From the human T2T-CHM13v2.0 reference genome, Homo sapiens: DNA of 64,000 bases. Where the stretch lies: the NCBI RefSeq assembly GCF_009914755.1, contig NC_060926.1, one strand, 5' to 3'. The notes beneath the pieces are model-generated. The model made no database searches. It was not told the origin of the DNA and saw only the letters and a list, made by a program, of their open reading frames with translations. Within the stretch, counting starts at the first letter, position 1. Every line of letters begins with the position of its first letter. The position numbers were made by a program, and so were the translations under genes. Below are positions 59,731 to 64,000 of this stretch, piece after piece.

Positions 59731-61169
59731 AGGACTTTAAACTCTTTTCCCTGACAGAATTCCTCTTCAAGGTAGAAAGGACAGGTGTGAGACAAGGGCA
59801 GAGTGCTAGGCACTCAAAGGCCACTTGATGACACAGAGCCCTGAACAAATGTCCCACAAACACCAGCAATAGAACCAAAAAGGAGAGTCTGAGCTCTTCA
59901 CTGATAAAGCTTGTTCATTTTTATGTGTATCTCTGAGGCAGTACGTGAATGGGATAATAGAAGAAGGGAAAGAAAATCAATCATTCATTCCTCTGTTCTG
60001 TACATTTGAATCCCCTACTCCATACCAGGCATTTTAGGTGCAGGAAATGTAAAATATAGTAAAAGTGGTATAGAAAAGTCTATTTTGGAAATGCAGATAC
60101 TGAAAGCATTCCCCTCAACCTTTTTCTTTTGGTCAGGAAACTTACTCCAAGACACCCTACACACAAGGAATCCAGCCGTTCAGCATTCCCAGCAGAACAA
60201 CATTATCTATCATTGTTCTTTGTGTTCAGAGATATTCTGGCAAAGATGTTACTATTCCTGTGTGTGAGTTTGGCAGAAAGCCCTAAGATGTGACCTAATT
60301 TCCAAATAGCTTGTCCTTCTGGTTAGCTGTTATTAGTAAAACCTGCTGTAGTTTATGACTCTACCTTATAGACTTTGGGAAAATCATCAGGAAAGCAATG
60401 GAGATTTCCCACCTGAATTAGCTTGTGTTAACTAGCTAATCTTTTTAGAATAGTAGCTTCTGCCCATAATTTAAAGAAACGATGTAGAAACCAATGCATT
60501 ATCTTTTCTTTCTGGGAGAAGAGCTCTTAAAAGCCTGGAAGTGGAAGATCATTAGGTAATGTGTTGTTAGCTCAAGAAGAGCACATTGTGGTATACTTAT
60601 AGTCATACTGTCCAGTGGGGAGAATGTTTATGTATGGACCTGTCTTATCATCCCTTCTACCCTGAGTGGATCTTGAAAGTTAAATTATAACATTGCATTA
60701 TGCATAAAGGAGAAGGATGCTTTACAGAAAAGACATTTACCAAGCTCTTGAGGGACCATTGTGTGCTGATCAATGACAGATGGTGTTCAGCTTTCACAAT
60801 GTAGGAGTGCTAAAGGATGTGGGGTCACAGAAAAGCCGTGGAAAATCCTAGAGTAAAATATGGTGCAAGTTGTTGTCAGTCTGGCACAAGAAGAGGAGGT
60901 ACCGAGAAAATTGTACCAAACACCAAGAGAGGAAAGGAAACTGAAATGAAAAATGATAGTACTTCAATTTCTGAAAAACAGGCCTGCCCCTAATTTAGCT
61001 ATGAGATGTTGGGTAAGTTACCAATGTCTCTGGGCCTTGCTCTACTAGTACAACAGAGGAGAGAGAAATTCTAGAAGATTTTCAACTCCCCTCCTGCTCT
61101 GTAACTCTGGTTCGCTATGTGCTAAATGCACCTTGAAATAAACACTTCCTTTGTGTGTGTGTGTTGCGC

Positions 61170-61320
61170 GGTGGAATCCTCACTTTACAGAAGAGGAAAC
61201 TAAGGTTCAGAGAGCTTAGGAACCCAGGCCAAGCTTACACAGCTATTAGGAGGCAGAGCTAGAACTTGAGCCCAGACAACCTGACACCATAGATAATGCT
61301 TTTAAGCTTTATGTTGCCTT
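61170..61320 (-). mobile_element. MIR SINE
   Basis: tttacagaagaggaaactaaggttcagagag...acacagcta...ggcagagctagaacttgagcccag. Confidence 0.8.
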
Positions 61321-61444
61321 TATATGTCTAAGACTTTTATGGGTAAAGAAGGAAGGAATATTTTGTAACTTTCTTAGAAAATCAATTGTCAGGAGATCTC
61401 TTAAAAAATTTGTTACATACCTTCTTTTAGAATTCTTGACATTG

Positions 61445-61815
<371 letters not shown>

Positions 61816-62369
61816 TTAAGGTCCAAGAATTTAAGACATGAGATGAGAAGCACATACTTTCCTCCTGCCTTACTCAGCTCAATTAGTTGCAGGTGCTGAT
61901 ACATTTACTTTTCAGGTTTTTGTCTGGCCAGTTGAGCCCACTATGTTCAGGCCGGGCTGCCGAAAAGTAGCTGCACAAGTGATGGCTAGTGACAACTAGA
62001 ATTCATGTTCCTGTCTCCTAAACTTGAGATCCTGGGAGTCTAGGGAAACGCTGGGCTGCAAATGGCAGCTTCTCCACATCCTCATCCAACAGTCTCCCAT
62101 GCCCATATGATGAGGTTCTGGCAGAGTTTCCTGGTTTGACAGACATTCCTCCTGAAACTGAATTCTTTATTAAACACCATCCTGCCTGGCTGGGGCTATG
62201 ATACCTCTCAGCCCTCGGAGGCAGTGTGTTAAAGGGCAGTTGGGGAGTGCCAACTTCATCATTTTTGCATATCTGTATACCACTTGTACATACTGTTATT
62301 TACTTATATTTGTCTTTAAATGGACTCACTTTTGAAATTAAATACCTTAATTTTTTAAAGAAAATGTCA

Positions 62370-62535
62370 AGTTTTATAGTTAATAAGTTTTGTATCTAGG
62401 TCTGTGATTCATGTTAATTTTCTAAATGGTGAGAAGTAAGGATTCAATTTTGTTTTTGCATACTGATATCCAATTATTCCTGCACTATTTATCAAAAAGA
62501 CTATCTTTTCTTCACTGAATTGTCTTTGCACCTTC
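62370..62535 (-). mobile_element. Old L1 ORF2 fragment
   Basis: taggtctgtgattcat...gatatccaattattcctgcactatttatcaaaaagactatcttttc...tgaattgtctttgcacctt. Confidence 0.75.
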
Positions 62536-63479
62536 TTCCCTCTCTTTGGGAGTTAAATTGGAATTTTTGTTCTTCTTAATTGTTAGCTAGGGAGCCAAAA
62601 TATGAGCTGCCATCCACCTGTCTTCAACCAGGACTCCTTCCAGGAGTACCTCCTGCTGCCCACCCATTAGTTTGAAATCTAAGTTTGCTAATACCTTTGA
62701 ACATTGTAATTTAGTCTCTTATTGGCTTCTCTTTGGCCACTCTGCTTACTAATAAAAATCCTCCCTTTTCTTGAGAGTTTATAAGTACTCTGGCACTATC
62801 TCTGCCAATTCCTCACATTCTCTCCTTTTCTACCAACTTGCCTGTGATGTCCCAAAAGTTAAAACTTACAAAATAAGTTTGAAATTTTATAAGGGGTGGA
62901 ATAGGGTAGCAAAAGGTTTGAATTTTTGTGGAGGAGAAAGCAACGTCATTAATTATTGGCATGTCACAAATGAGATTCACTATTTAAGGGCTCCTGTGGC
63001 CAATATGTTATTTCCGCCATAAGATTCCTGTTTTGGAGTAGCCATGTATATACTGTCACACATATATGTACATATACAGACATAAACACACAAACATACA
63101 CAGATACCTGGAAATATTTTGTGCTTAACGATGACTTTCCTTCTAGTTAATTTACAGATGTATTTTGTAGACCTGCTATAGGGGGCAAAATTTTAAGTTA
63201 TAGGATCTTAGAGACACTAAGGGATCATCTGGGTTGGATAGGTTGTCAACTCTGATAAATTGGTGGGGATGGCTTGGAGCATTGTATTGAAAAGGATTGC
63301 TAGGCTGAGTTTAGCTCAGCAGGGAAGACAGCTGTCATTGATTAGTCATAGACTCCCATTGCTGGGGGTGGTGGCATGTATATGGTGTATGACTAACTCT
63401 AAGACTAGGCCACTCTTTTCCAATGCCATAATCTCTTCTACACTTTTCTTGACAGCTGAATTCTACTCATTGTAGGAAT

Positions 63480-64000
63480 TCTTTCAGTAATTGTGAGCTT
63501 ACTATTTTTCAGGAATGCTCATTGCTACGTTGAACAGCTCTTCTACATGTTCAAGTCTAAAATCTATCTCACAGCAACGTCTAATCATGTCTCCTAATTC
63601 TACCGTTTAGAGCCATACAAACCCATTTTATACCTATTCTACATCACAGCTCTTCAAATATCAGAAGACAGCCATTTTGTAACCTCTTCTAGATAAAAAC
63701 CACCATTTCTTTCAATTATTTCTCAGATATTGTGGTTCCTGGGTCTTACATCATCCTGGATGTTATTTAATTTTTCCTTGCTCCCTTTCAGGTGTGCTAC
63801 CCAAAAGGGGGCAGAGAATTTCAGATAGGATCTGACCAAGTAAAATTAATTGGGACTCTTTACTATTGGCTTCCATGTACTAATATTAATAAGCTTCAGT
63901 CTGCACCTGAAACATGTTACTTTGTTATTTCATATTGAGCTTTTGATAAATTAAAAAATTCTTTCTATATGAACTATTTGATTCAGCTCTTCTCTTTCCT
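63480..64000 (-). mobile_element. L3/CR1 LINE fragment
   Basis: ttgaacagctct..., cagctcttcaaatatcagaagacagc, ctcttctagataaaaac, caggtgtgctacccaaa...tctgacca. Confidence 0.6.

Overview
Primate (human-like) non-coding genomic DNA. It is AT-rich, has no CpG island and no recognisable protein-coding exon. It carries about 25 Alu/FLAM elements (J, S and Y-type), many with readable target-site duplications (TSDs), plus L1, L2, L3/CR1, MIR, MaLR/ERVL LTRs and DNA-transposon MITEs. Nearly all listed ORFs are Alu-, microsatellite- or LINE-derived. Subfamily names come from recalled consensus sequences read by eye, and boundaries of old repeats are approximate. I cannot identify the locus and I see no evidence of a new multi-gene system. 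The strongest non-repeat signals are: a dense NF-kB/IRF/RUNX/ETS motif cluster at ~42.0-42.2 kb (likely an inflammatory enhancer); a compound, mutually exclusive palindrome at 52428-52490; several other hairpin clusters; and a possible degenerate retrocopy at ~45.3-46.5 kb. There are also clear retroelement oddities: an Alu-Alu gene-conversion patch, a three-arm Alu inside one TSD, two head-to-head Alu pairs with abutting TSDs, and a tiny L1 5' inversion.
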